In this document: positions 6,703 through 17,300 of the stretch, in pieces
How positions within the stretch are numbered: the first letter of the stretch is position 1
Layout: every line of letters starts with the position of its first letter
Virus record (IMG/VR): IMGVR_UViG_3300046804_003055
Span: 1-58,669 of that record
DNA: 58,669 nt
Reading direction: 5' to 3' (one strand)
Origin: a virus
Taxonomy: Duplodnaviria; Caudoviricetes
The notes under the pieces: generated by a model
Database searches by the model: none
Seen by the model: the letters and a program-made list of their open reading frames with translations, nothing else
Told to the model about the DNA's origin: nothing
Program-made: the position numbers and the translations under genes

Positions 6703-8871
6703 ATGTTAGATCAAGCAACTAGTGCCATAAATTCAGCAATTAAAACAGTAGCAGTTATAGGATCGGTAGTTTCGGCCTCCTCAGCTATAAAAGATAAGAT
6801 AAACGGTACTGACACGATGGTAAAATCAGTGCCCGGTTTAAAATTACCATTACCCAATCCATTATTTAAATACGCAACATATGATTATGTTTTAGGTATT
6901 GCAGTTTTAACTGACGATGAGTTAAATTATCCTGACAAGTCTTATCGATCAGGTAAAAGATTATCGTTAATATGCAAATCTGCCAACGCAGATCCTAGCA
7001 ATAGAGTATTAACACCTTACGGAAAGTTAGATTTTTTTATAGAAAATTTAACGTTAAACAGCACATTAGGTTATGAAGCAAATAATAATACAAACGTAAC
7101 CGGTATTAGCTTTGAAATTATTGAACCGTATAGTATGGGATTATTTACGATTGCTTGTCAGCAGGCAAGTTGGAAAGCCGGCCACAACAATTGGCGCTCA
7201 GCCCCATTTGTACTAACAATAGATTTTAGAGGCAATCAAGAAAATGGCACTATGGCTAAAATTGCCGGTGCTAGTAGACAAATTCCTTTTAAGTTTACTG
7301 AAATAGAAGCAACTGTAAAAGAATCAGGAACAGTTTATCGCTGTACAGCCATGCCTTATAATCAATTAGCATTTACTACAAAAAGTGCAGTATTAAAATC
7401 TGACACAGCAATATCAGGAGCAACAGTTCAAGAAGTTTTGCAAACAGGAGACAAAAGTTTACAAGCTGTTCTAAATAAACGATTAACACAACTAAAAACT
7501 GATGGTATAGTAGCAGTTCCCGACGAAATAATTATTTTGTTTCCCACCGATTATTCATCACAAGCATCTTCACCTGGAAATACAGATGCAGGCGCAACAT
7601 CTGACCCTAAACAAATTTCAGCAGAAGAAATTTATAAAGTATTAGGAGTTACTAAATCTGGTAATAATTTGGCAGTGCAGGCTACGGCAGACTGCAATGA
7701 ATTGGGTTTATCTTCTTTAGGTTTTGATCAAGCAAGGAAAGGTACACCACCTATAGGAAAAGATAATCAAATTTATGATCCTAAATTAAAAGTTAATGTA
7801 AGAGCCAATAATACAGCAGATCCTTCTGTGTCAGATTTTAAATTTAGCCAAGAATCGGATATTCCAAACGCAATAAATCAAGTACTTTTACAAAGTAAAT
7901 TTGCAGTAGATACGTTGGGAGCAGATAGATTAAGTCCTGAGGGGTGGAGAAAATGGTGGCGAATTGATTCTCAGGTTTATATTGTATCAACAGATGCAAA
8001 TGATAGTTCTACAGGCGAAAAACCAAAAATTATTGTTTATAGAGTCATACCATATAAAGTGCATGCCAGTACCGCAGCTCCCCCTAATGTTAAAGTTCCA
8101 GGCTTTGACAAATTAAAACTTGAAGTAGTTAAAGAATACAATTATATCTATACAGGTAAAAACGTTGACGTTTTAAGATTTGACATTACTTTATCAAATA
8201 CATTCACCGCAATGTTAGCAGCTGACGGTTTAAAAAGAAGTCAAGACGTAAAAACAGCAGCCGACGACGGCGGAACAGACACTACCGATACTAATATAGC
8301 GCCAGCAGTTAATGGAAACCCGGTAGAAAAGAAAGCAGGCGTTACTCCTACTTCAGTTAGTTACACTGGATTAAACACAACTAGTGATAGGAAAGGTGGC
8401 GGTGGCCCTGATACAGAAGGTACGCGAGCTGCTCGCGTTTTTCATGATTCTATAACTTTAGGTAAAGATTTAATAAGATTAAACATGGAAATAATAGGAG
8501 ATCCTTATTTTATAGCACAAAGCGGAATGGGTAATTATACTTCTAGAATTACTCAATTTAATAATTTAAATTCTGACGGAACCATCAATTATCAAGACGG
8601 AGAAGTTGATATTCTAGTAAATTTTAGGACCCCTGTTGACATTAATCAATCAACCGGCCTTTACAATTTTAGTAAAAGCAGTAAAACTGCCCCCGTACTG
8701 CAATTTTCGGGGTTATATAGAGTAACAAATGTAACTAGCGTCTTTAAAGAAGGTAAATTTACTCAAACATTAGAAGGGCCGCGCAGACCAATGCAAGAAG
8801 GTACAAAAACAGCAACTAAAACCCAAACTTATAATACAAGTAATACAGCACCTACGGAGCCTAAAACATGA
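6703..8871 (+). CDS. Putative baseplate hub protein
   Basis: Lies between gp53-like and gp5-like genes; C-terminal IIGDP and SGLYRVTNVTSVFKEGKFTQTL hub-like strands. Confidence 0.5.
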   Translation: MLDQATSAINSAIKTVAVIGSVVSASSAIKDKINGTDTMVKSVPGLKLPLPNPLFKYATYDYVLGIAVLTDDELNYPDKSYRSGKRLSLICKSANADPSNRVLTPYGKLDFFIENLTLNSTLGYEANNNTNVTGISFEIIEPYSMGLFTIACQQASWKAGHNNWRSAPFVLTIDFRGNQENGTMAKIAGASRQIPFKFTEIEATVKESGTVYRCTAMPYNQLAFTTKSAVLKSDTAISGATVQEVLQTGDKSLQAVLNKRLTQLKTDGIVAVPDEIIILFPTDYSSQASSPGNTDAGATSDPKQISAEEIYKVLGVTKSGNNLAVQATADCNELGLSSLGFDQARKGTPPIGKDNQIYDPKLKVNVRANNTADPSVSDFKFSQESDIPNAINQVLLQSKFAVDTLGADRLSPEGWRKWWRIDSQVYIVSTDANDSSTGEKPKIIVYRVIPYKVHASTAAPPNVKVPGFDKLKLEVVKEYNYIYTGKNVDVLRFDITLSNTFTAMLAADGLKRSQDVKTAADDGGTDTTDTNIAPAVNGNPVEKKAGVTPTSVSYTGLNTTSDRKGGGGPDTEGTRAARVFHDSITLGKDLIRLNMEIIGDPYFIAQSGMGNYTSRITQFNNLNSDGTINYQDGEVDILVNFRTPVDINQSTGLYNFSKSSKTAPVLQFSGLYRVTNVTSVFKEGKFTQTLEGPRRPMQEGTKTATKTQTYNTSNTAPTEPKT

Positions 8872-10400
8872 CAAACTACAATGAAGATTTTGCACCTCAC
8901 CGGCCTGCAGAATCTAGACCAGGCCCGTATCTAGCTAGGGTAGTTAGTCACCTTGATACTACCTATATGGGAGTATTAGAAGTTGAAATTTTAAGACCTG
9001 TAGGAAATACTCAAGAAGAAGGCCAATTACACCAAGTAAAGTATATGAGCCCATTTTATGGTGCTACCGATTCTTCTTTTCTTGGTAAAGATCCTGACGA
9101 CTATAATAACACTCAAAAATCTTACGGATTTTGGATGATACCGCCAGATGTCGGCACAACCGTAATTATAATTTTCATTGACGGCGACCCAAAGCGTGGT
9201 TACTGGATTGGTTGTGTACCAGATGAGAATATGAATTTTATGTTGCCAGGACTTGCCGCAACAGGCCAAGTGATAGATAGCGAAAAAAGAAGTCCTACAG
9301 CTGAATACAATAAAGTAGTAAATGATAGTAATGCAGATCCAAACTCATTTAAAAAACCAATACACCCATTAGCCGCGGTACTTGAATCTCAAGGACTTTT
9401 AGAAGATGACATTAGGGGAATAACAACTTCTAGTGCTCGCCGAGAAACACCTAGTATGGTATTTGGCATTAGTACTCCTGGCCCGGTTGATAAACAACCA
9501 GGAGCAAAACAAGGCCCTATCGGAAAGGCAGAACATCAAATACCTAATGCTTATGTTAGCCATTTAGGTGGCACTACTTTTGTAATGGATGACGGTGATG
9601 ACAAATTTTTGCGTAAAACTAATGCTAGCGAAGGTCCGCCTGATTATTCTGCTGTAGAACAAGGTGAAACAGACGGTGATGTTACTATTCCTCATAACGA
9701 GTTATTTCGTATAAGGACTCGTACTGGACATCAAATTTTATTACATAATAGTGAAGATTTAATTTATATTTCAAATAGCAGAGGAACTGCATGGATAGAA
9801 TTAAGCAGTGATGGTAAAATTGATATCTATGCCAAAGATAGTATTAGTGTAAGAACAGAAAACGATTTTAATTTTTACGCCAATCGAGATTTTAACATTG
9901 AAGTTGGTAGAAATTTTAATTTAAAAGTAGCAGAAAGGCACCAGACAGAAGTTGGAAGTAATAAAATTTCTATAGTAAACGGCAATGTAGTTTTACAAGT
10001 AGATGGAAATAGAGATGAAACAGTTAGTGGTACAACAACTTTATCTACAGGCAGCGGTCATACAATAACTGCTGGCGGCGATTTTGAAGTAAAAGCAGCC
10101 AATACTAATATTGACGGCGGAAATATTCATTTGAATTCAGACAATTTTGGAGGAACCGCTGCCGACACTCCAGAACCCTTAAATACTTTTGAAAATCCAA
10201 CCGAAGTAGAAGGCGAAACAGTTGAAAGTATCATGTTGCGTGTGCCTACGACAGAACCTTACCCGCATCATGAAAATTTAGACCCTGTAAATTTTAAAAC
10301 AGAAATGACAGATAGAGAAACCGGAAGTGTTATAAATGTACCAGATTATTGGAAAAAATACTCAACAATTACAGACACTTTTTTAAAAATAAAAGGATAA
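8868..10400 (+). CDS. Baseplate central spike (gp5/VgrG-like OB-fold plus beta-helix)
   Basis: SYGFWMIPPDVGTTVIIIFIDGDP..GYWIG OB-fold; RTRTGHQILLH; beta-helical repeats. Confidence 0.75.
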   Translation: MTNYNEDFAPHRPAESRPGPYLARVVSHLDTTYMGVLEVEILRPVGNTQEEGQLHQVKYMSPFYGATDSSFLGKDPDDYNNTQKSYGFWMIPPDVGTTVIIIFIDGDPKRGYWIGCVPDENMNFMLPGLAATGQVIDSEKRSPTAEYNKVVNDSNADPNSFKKPIHPLAAVLESQGLLEDDIRGITTSSARRETPSMVFGISTPGPVDKQPGAKQGPIGKAEHQIPNAYVSHLGGTTFVMDDGDDKFLRKTNASEGPPDYSAVEQGETDGDVTIPHNELFRIRTRTGHQILLHNSEDLIYISNSRGTAWIELSSDGKIDIYAKDSISVRTENDFNFYANRDFNIEVGRNFNLKVAERHQTEVGSNKISIVNGNVVLQVDGNRDETVSGTTTLSTGSGHTITAGGDFEVKAANTNIDGGNIHLNSDNFGGTAADTPEPLNTFENPTEVEGETVESIMLRVPTTEPYPHHENLDPVNFKTEMTDRETGSVINVPDYWKKYSTITDTFLKIKG

Positions 10401-10405
10401 GTTAA

Positions 10406-10843
10406 ATGGCTTCTACAATATATTCCAAACCAGTAGTTACATCCGTAAACAATATTAATACGCCCTCTATGATGATGTATAGGGGATTTAGTACAGTTAG
10501 CTCTAATACACAGAACTATAGTCTTTATGATTTAGAGTTAATTAAACAAGATTTGTTAAATCATTTTTATGTAAGAAAAGGTGAGCGCTTGATGAATCCT
10601 CGCTTTGGCACAATTATATGGGATTTGTTATTTGAACCCCTTACTGAACAAATTAAAAATTTAATAATACAAAATGTGAACGAAATACTAAATTTTGATC
10701 CTAGAATAAGCGCAGGAAATATCATAGTAACACAATATGATACTGGATTACAAATAGAATGTAGCTTAAAATATTTGTCTTATAATTTAACTGAAAATTT
10801 GAAAATACAATTCGACCAAAATAACAATTTAATGATATCTTAA
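10406..10843 (+). CDS. Baseplate wedge/sheath initiator (gp25-like)
   Basis: RKGERLMNPRFGTIIWDLLFEP and FDPRI motifs. Confidence 0.85.
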   Translation: MASTIYSKPVVTSVNNINTPSMMMYRGFSTVSSNTQNYSLYDLELIKQDLLNHFYVRKGERLMNPRFGTIIWDLLFEPLTEQIKNLIIQNVNEILNFDPRISAGNIIVTQYDTGLQIECSLKYLSYNLTENLKIQFDQNNNLMIS

Positions 10844-10865
10844 ACTACGCATATTATTTTTCAAA

Positions 10866-10871
10866 TAAATA
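10866..10871 (+). promoter_or_regulatory. Putative late promoter
   Basis: TCAAATAAATAT context identical to 5366-5377; upstream of AGGA and ATG 10890. Confidence 0.6.
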
Positions 10872-10889
10872 TCTAATATAGGAATAAAA

Positions 10890-13800
10890 ATGAGCTCAAC
10901 TGATCGTCAAAATAATTTGTTAGTTTCAGAGGACTGGCAAAAAATTTATCAAACATACAAAAATGCCAATTTTCAAAGCTATGATTTTGAAAATTTACGC
11001 AGAATAATGGTTGATTATTTAAGAACAAATTATTCTGAAGATTTTAACGATTATATAGAATCCAGCGAATACCTTGCTTTAATTGATTTGATTGCATATA
11101 TTGGACAAAGTATAGCTTTCCGTGTTGATCTTAATGCTAGAGAAAACTTTTTAGAACTTGCAGAGCGTCGTGAGAGCGTGTTAAGATTAGCAAAGTTAAT
11201 AGGATATAATGCTAGCAGAAATAAACCATCACAAGGCCTGTTAAAAATTAATACAATATCTACAACTGAAACCGTTTTAGATACAAACGGCAGAAATTTA
11301 GCAGGACAATTTATAACTTGGAACGATCCTAGTAACGTAAATTGGTATGATCAATTTATTAAAAACATTAATGCAGCCTTGCTGACAACAAATCAATTTG
11401 GAAACCCAATAGACTCTGCTAAGATTTACAATGTTCCAACCGGACAGTATAGATTTAATAGTTCAAATTCTAATGTTCCAATTTACAGTTTTTCAAAAAC
11501 TATTTCTGGTAGGGCAATGAATTTTGAAGTTACAAGTACAACTTTTAAAGGTGAAAGTTACATATATGAAGAAGCGCCTAAGTTAGGTAATAGCATGGCT
11601 TGTATTTTTAAAGATGATGGGTATGGTGCCGGTAGTGCTGGAACTGGTTTTTTCTTTAATTTTATTCAGGGAACATTAAATCAGGGAACTTTTACAATTA
11701 CTCAACCTAGTAGTAATCAAACAATTGACATTGATTCTGATAATGTTAATAATAATGATATTTGGTTGTATCAGTTGGACACTAATACCGGAGCAGAAAA
11801 TACTTTATGGACAAAAGTTCCCGCTTTAGCAGGAAATAATATAATCTACAACAGTATAAACACAAATACAACTACCGTTTATTCTGTTACAACAAGAACA
11901 AACGATAATATAACTTTAAATTTTGGTGACGGAACATTTGGAAAACTTCCAGTAGGAACTTTTAAAATTTATTATAGAATTAGTAACGGGTTGAGTTATA
12001 CAATTAACCCGTCGGATATCGTGAATGTTTCTATTAGTATACCATATGTTTCTGCTAAAGGTCAAAATGAGACGCTAAGTGTATCATTAAACTTACCTTC
12101 AAGTGTTCAAAATAGTTCGCAAACTGAGTCTAATACAACTATTAAAAACAATGCTCCAGCAGTATATTATACTCAAAATCGAATGATTACCGGAGAAGAT
12201 TATAATATAAGCCCATTGTCCTCATCAACGTCTGTTGCAAAAATTAAAGCAATAAATCGTTCAAGTAGCGGAATAAGTCGTTATTTTGATTTGGTAGATC
12301 CAACCGGCAAGTACAGTAGCACAAATCTATATGGGTCAGATGGAGTAATTTATAAAGATGAATACACTAATAAATTTACTTTTTCTTACCAAACTAAAAA
12401 TGACATTGAAGGCGAAATTGTTAATACTATAATACCTTTGCTGTCTTCTGCAGAACTCAAGAATCTCTACTATTCATATTTTAAAAATTATGTTACAAGT
12501 AGCCTTAATATTTCTTGGTACGTTAAAAGCTCGGATAGCAATACTTCAACAGGATATGTTGGAGATATTGTAACTGAAAGACCTTATCAAGTGGGTTCTT
12601 ATACAAATACAATCTTAAAATATTGTACTCCGGGATCTTTAATAAAATTTATTGCACCTACTGGATATTATTTTAATTTAAAAAATAAAAATTTGTTAAC
12701 GCAAGGATCTCAAGGAGTTTCAAACTCATCATCTTACATTTGGGCAGAAGTTGTTTCGATTATTGACGATGGTACATCTAACGGTACTGGGGTTTTATCA
12801 AATGGTCTAGGACCGATATCATTAGCACAAAACATACCTGCAGGTGCTATAGTTTCACAAATTATACCTAAGTTAACTACGGTATTATCTAGTTCAATTA
12901 TTGCAACTATGATTGATTTAATAAGTGAAAATAAGTTTTTTGGTTTAAGATATGATGCAGATAATCAATTATGGAAAATTATTTTTGAAAGTAACTTGAA
13001 TCTAATTAATAATTTTAATTTAGGCAATCAAGGTAGTACTAGTAATCTTCAAACTGACTCGAGTTGGTTTATATTGTTTACTACAGATAATATTAACTAC
13101 ACAGTTACTACAAGAAATTTAAGGTATGTTTTTGAAAGCGCAAAAGAAATTAGTTTTTATTTTGAAAATGATCAAAAAATCTACGATGTAGTTTCTGGAT
13201 CAATTGTAAATGATAATATTAATATATTAAGTATTAATCAAAACTATGCATCTAATAATGGTACAGATAGTTTTACCAATGATATATCATGGAAAGTAAG
13301 CTCTAAATTTATAGGATTAGACGGATATACTGATCCAAAAAAATTAATTTTAACTTTTACAGATGTTGATAATAACGGAACTGTAGATAACCCACAAATT
13401 TTTGATGATATTCTAGCCGAATCATCAGGCGCCGCCAACAGTAAATTTATAGTCCAACAAAAATATAATATTTCTGTAGGACAACAAGATTACAAATATG
13501 TGCCAAACAATTATCTAACTGGACCTGTAATAATTTTAACCACCGATCCAAGCGATACAAGCACTTACACAGACGGCCAATATTTTTATATTACTTCAAC
13601 TAATGTTGTTAAGAAATATAATTCAACAACAGGGGAACTTGTTCCAAACCTTGACTATAAAGTTTATAAAGGAAGAGATAATTTAAAATTTCAGTATACT
13701 CATAGCGCAGACTATGACAGTAGAATAGATCCCGGAAGCAGTAATATTATTGATTTATATGTTCTTACCTCTAGTTATGATACAAACTTTAGGCAATGGT

Positions 13801-14363
13801 TAGCCGGAGCTAATATGACTCAACCATTGCCCCCAAGCGCAACAGAATTAAGTAATACCTTATCTAGTACATTAAATCCAATTAAATCAATAAGTGATGA
13901 AATAGTTTATCATCCTGTTAGCTATACTTTACTATTTGGTTCTTTAGCAGACACAAGTTTGCAGGCAAATTTTAATGTTATTATTAATAGCAATTCTGTA
14001 GTTTCAGAGTCTGATGTTAAGGCAAGAATTTTAACTGCAATAAATTCTTTTTTTGCTTTAGAAAACTGGAATTTTGGAGACACATTTTATTTTAGTGAAT
14101 TAGCTACCTATGTTATCAATGAACTAACTCCGGATATTACTGGATTTGTAATTGTACCAGTACAAACAGACAAGTATTTTGGTAGTTTATTTCAAATAGA
14201 ATGTTCTAGTAATAAAATTTTTATAAGTTGTGCCACTACCGATAACATAAAAATAGTTTCAGGCTTTACCTCGGATAATTTAAAAACAGTAGCAGGGTCG
14301 TCTGTTTTGTCTGTTGTTTCACAAACTATTTCTAGCTCGACAAACGGAGGCTTGAATGGCTAA
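10890..14363 (+). CDS. Baseplate wedge subunit (gp6-like)
   Basis: DFENLR, ENFLELAERRESVLRLAKLIGY, FGDGTFGKLP and QNRMITGEDY motifs. Confidence 0.85.
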   Translation: MSSTDRQNNLLVSEDWQKIYQTYKNANFQSYDFENLRRIMVDYLRTNYSEDFNDYIESSEYLALIDLIAYIGQSIAFRVDLNARENFLELAERRESVLRLAKLIGYNASRNKPSQGLLKINTISTTETVLDTNGRNLAGQFITWNDPSNVNWYDQFIKNINAALLTTNQFGNPIDSAKIYNVPTGQYRFNSSNSNVPIYSFSKTISGRAMNFEVTSTTFKGESYIYEEAPKLGNSMACIFKDDGYGAGSAGTGFFFNFIQGTLNQGTFTITQPSSNQTIDIDSDNVNNNDIWLYQLDTNTGAENTLWTKVPALAGNNIIYNSINTNTTTVYSVTTRTNDNITLNFGDGTFGKLPVGTFKIYYRISNGLSYTINPSDIVNVSISIPYVSAKGQNETLSVSLNLPSSVQNSSQTESNTTIKNNAPAVYYTQNRMITGEDYNISPLSSSTSVAKIKAINRSSSGISRYFDLVDPTGKYSSTNLYGSDGVIYKDEYTNKFTFSYQTKNDIEGEIVNTIIPLLSSAELKNLYYSYFKNYVTSSLNISWYVKSSDSNTSTGYVGDIVTERPYQVGSYTNTILKYCTPGSLIKFIAPTGYYFNLKNKNLLTQGSQGVSNSSSYIWAEVVSIIDDGTSNGTGVLSNGLGPISLAQNIPAGAIVSQIIPKLTTVLSSSIIATMIDLISENKFFGLRYDADNQLWKIIFESNLNLINNFNLGNQGSTSNLQTDSSWFILFTTDNINYTVTTRNLRYVFESAKEISFYFENDQKIYDVVSGSIVNDNINILSINQNYASNNGTDSFTNDISWKVSSKFIGLDGYTDPKKLILTFTDVDNNGTVDNPQIFDDILAESSGAANSKFIVQQKYNISVGQQDYKYVPNNYLTGPVIILTTDPSDTSTYTDGQYFYITSTNVVKKYNSTTGELVPNLDYKVYKGRDNLKFQYTHSADYDSRIDPGSSNIIDLYVLTSSYDTNFRQWLAGANMTQPLPPSATELSNTLSSTLNPIKSISDEIVYHPVSYTLLFGSLADTSLQANFNVIINSNSVVSESDVKARILTAINSFFALENWNFGDTFYFSELATYVINELTPDITGFVIVPVQTDKYFGSLFQIECSSNKIFISCATTDNIKIVSGFTSDNLKTVAGSSVLSVVSQTISSSTNGGLNG

Positions 14364-17300
14364 AAAAAATACTCCTTTTGGAAATAATTCTACTACAGTA
14401 AACCTATTACCAAAATTTTACCAAACTGCAACTAATTCAAAATTTTTAAATGCAACAATAGAGCAGTTATATCAGCCAGGAGCAACTACTAAAATAAATG
14501 GGTACGTAGGAAGACAAAATGCAAAGGCTGCTACCGCCTCTGACATCTTTATACAAGCCCAGTCTAATGATAGGCAAAATTATCAACTAGAGCCTGGCGT
14601 TTCAATAAACGACGATTTAAACAATATTAAATTTTATAAAGATTATATTGATTATATTAATCAAATAAATGTCTTTGGCGGCAACACATTAAATCATAGT
14701 AGACTTAACGAACAAGAATTCTATAGTTGGGATCCGCACATTGATTGGGATAAATTTGTAAACTTTCAAAATTACTATTGGCTTCCATACGGGCCTGATA
14801 CTATTGATTTAGGTCTAGTTCCTTACTTAGTAAGTACATATTCTGTCAATCTTCAACCTACTAGCGATGCTAATGTTTATGTTTTTTCCCCAGACGGTAA
14901 ATCTTATAACCCTATTTTAAAGTTATATAAAGGTATAACTTATAAATTTGTAATTGATAGTCCTAATAATCCTTTTAGTATAAAAACATTTAGATCAATT
15001 GGCGAATCTAATAGATATTCAACAAAAGATTTAATTAATGGTATTGAAAAAGGCACTTTGACCTTTACAGTACCCTTTGATGCACCAAGTTTGTTATTCT
15101 ACCAAAGCGAAACAGACATAAATGTTGGCGGCGCAATCGAAATTTCAACATTAGACGAAAGTTTTATTTTTGATGTAGAAAAAGATTTAATAGGAAAAAG
15201 AAATTTTACTTTATCAAATGGTCAATCTTTAAGTAACGGAATGAAAATTTCTTTTGCAAATAATGTTCTTCCTAAAACTTATTCTACTGGAGAATATTAT
15301 GTAGAAGGTGTGGGGTCAGCTATAAAATTAATTAAGGCCGCTATTACAAATGTGGCTGGTTCTTATGCCTTAACTCAAACAACAAAGTTTGATTTTACAC
15401 CGTTTGATACAGAACCATTTGGTGATAGTATCGGATATCCTGCTGATAAAGATTACTTTACAATTAATAGAGCAAGTAAAGATGCTAACCCGTGGAGTAG
15501 ATATAATCGCTGGTTCCATAAAGATGTTATAATAGCCAGTGCATTATACAATAATGCTGAAACTAATATCGATCAATTGCAAAGAGCGGTTAGACCTATT
15601 ATAGAATTTGAAGCAGATCTTAAACTTTATAACTTTGGAAATATTTTATTAGCAGATATTGATGTAATTGATACTTATACGACTGATGTTTTTTCAATAA
15701 TTGAGGGGTCAAAAGGCTATAATATTGATGGTATTAATTTGTCTGATGGACATTTGGTACTTTTTACTGCTGATACAGACGAATTAGTAAAAAACAAAAT
15801 TTACAAAGTAAGTTTTGTAAACATTCTTGGCTATAGACAAATACATTTAGAAGAATATGCTACCCCTACTATCAATAATACTGTTATTGTTAGACAGGGA
15901 GTTTTAAATCAAGGCAAAGGTTATTGGTTTGACGGCTCTACATGGTTATATGCACAACAAAAAACTACAGTAAATCAACCACCTAAATTTGATATTGTCG
16001 ATGATAATGGTATTAGTTTTAGTAATTTTGACACTTATCCTAGTAGCACGTTTACTGGTACAACACTTTTTGAATATAAAAAAGGTAACAGCATTATTGA
16101 TCCTGTTTTAGGATTTTCTTTAGCCTATCAAAACGTTAACAATATAGGAGACATTGTTTTTAATTTTACTCTAGAAACAGATTCTTTTAATTATAAGATT
16201 AATAATGCAATTGTTACTAAAAATATCAATGTAGGTTATTTGTCAAAATTAACTATAAGCGATAATATAGAATTTGTTAATGGGTGGACAACATCTTCAA
16301 TTACTGATTACCAAGCAGCAGTAAGAATTTACAAAAATATTTTAGGATCAAGTATACTTTTAGATGCATATGATGATGCAAATAAATTAGATGATATAGA
16401 TATTAAAGTTTATATTAACGGTAACAGAATTAATAGAGACCAGTGGACGCTAACAGATACTAGTCCTTATAAAACAATCCAATTAAGTTCTAATATTCAA
16501 ATATCTACTAATGACATTATTACAGTTAGAAGTTTTTCATCACAACCAATAAATGACAATGCATTTTATGAAATTCCTATTAACTTACAAAATAATCCTT
16601 TAAATGGAACAATTGGAGATTTTACTTTAGGAGAAGTTATTAATCATGTAGACAGCATTATTGATAACATTAGCAATTTAGGACCTTCATATAAAAATAT
16701 TTTACCAATTGATTTTATAGGAACATTTCCTGGATCAAGTAATCTAAGAGATTGCGGGAACTTAACATCTTACGGCACAAAATTTGTACAACATAGCGGG
16801 CCATCTAGTCTTAGTTTATATCATGTAACTAACGAAAATAATAATATTGTAAAAGCATTAGAGCAGGCAAATGCAGATTACAATAATTTTAAAAGGCAAT
16901 TTATTAATACAGTATCTTCATTAGGGTATGATGCTGATGCATATAATATTGTTAACAAAGTATTCCAACAAATAACATTAAACAAGCCCTCAACAGCTCC
17001 ATATTATTTTAGTGATATGGTTCCTTTTGGAGCGTCTGTAAAAACTAATCTTAATGTGGCTGATTATAGGATAAAAAAATATCCATTAACTAGCGTTTTT
17101 ACTTTAGATGAGCTTTCAAATAAAGCAGTTGGTGTATACTTAAATGGTAATCAATTATTATATAAAAAGGATTATATTTTTGATGAATTGGGATTTATTG
17201 AAATTTTATGCAATTTAAATAATGATGATGTTATTACAACCTATGAGTATGAAAGTACAGACGGATGTTTTGTACCAGCAACACCTACTAAATTAGGTCT

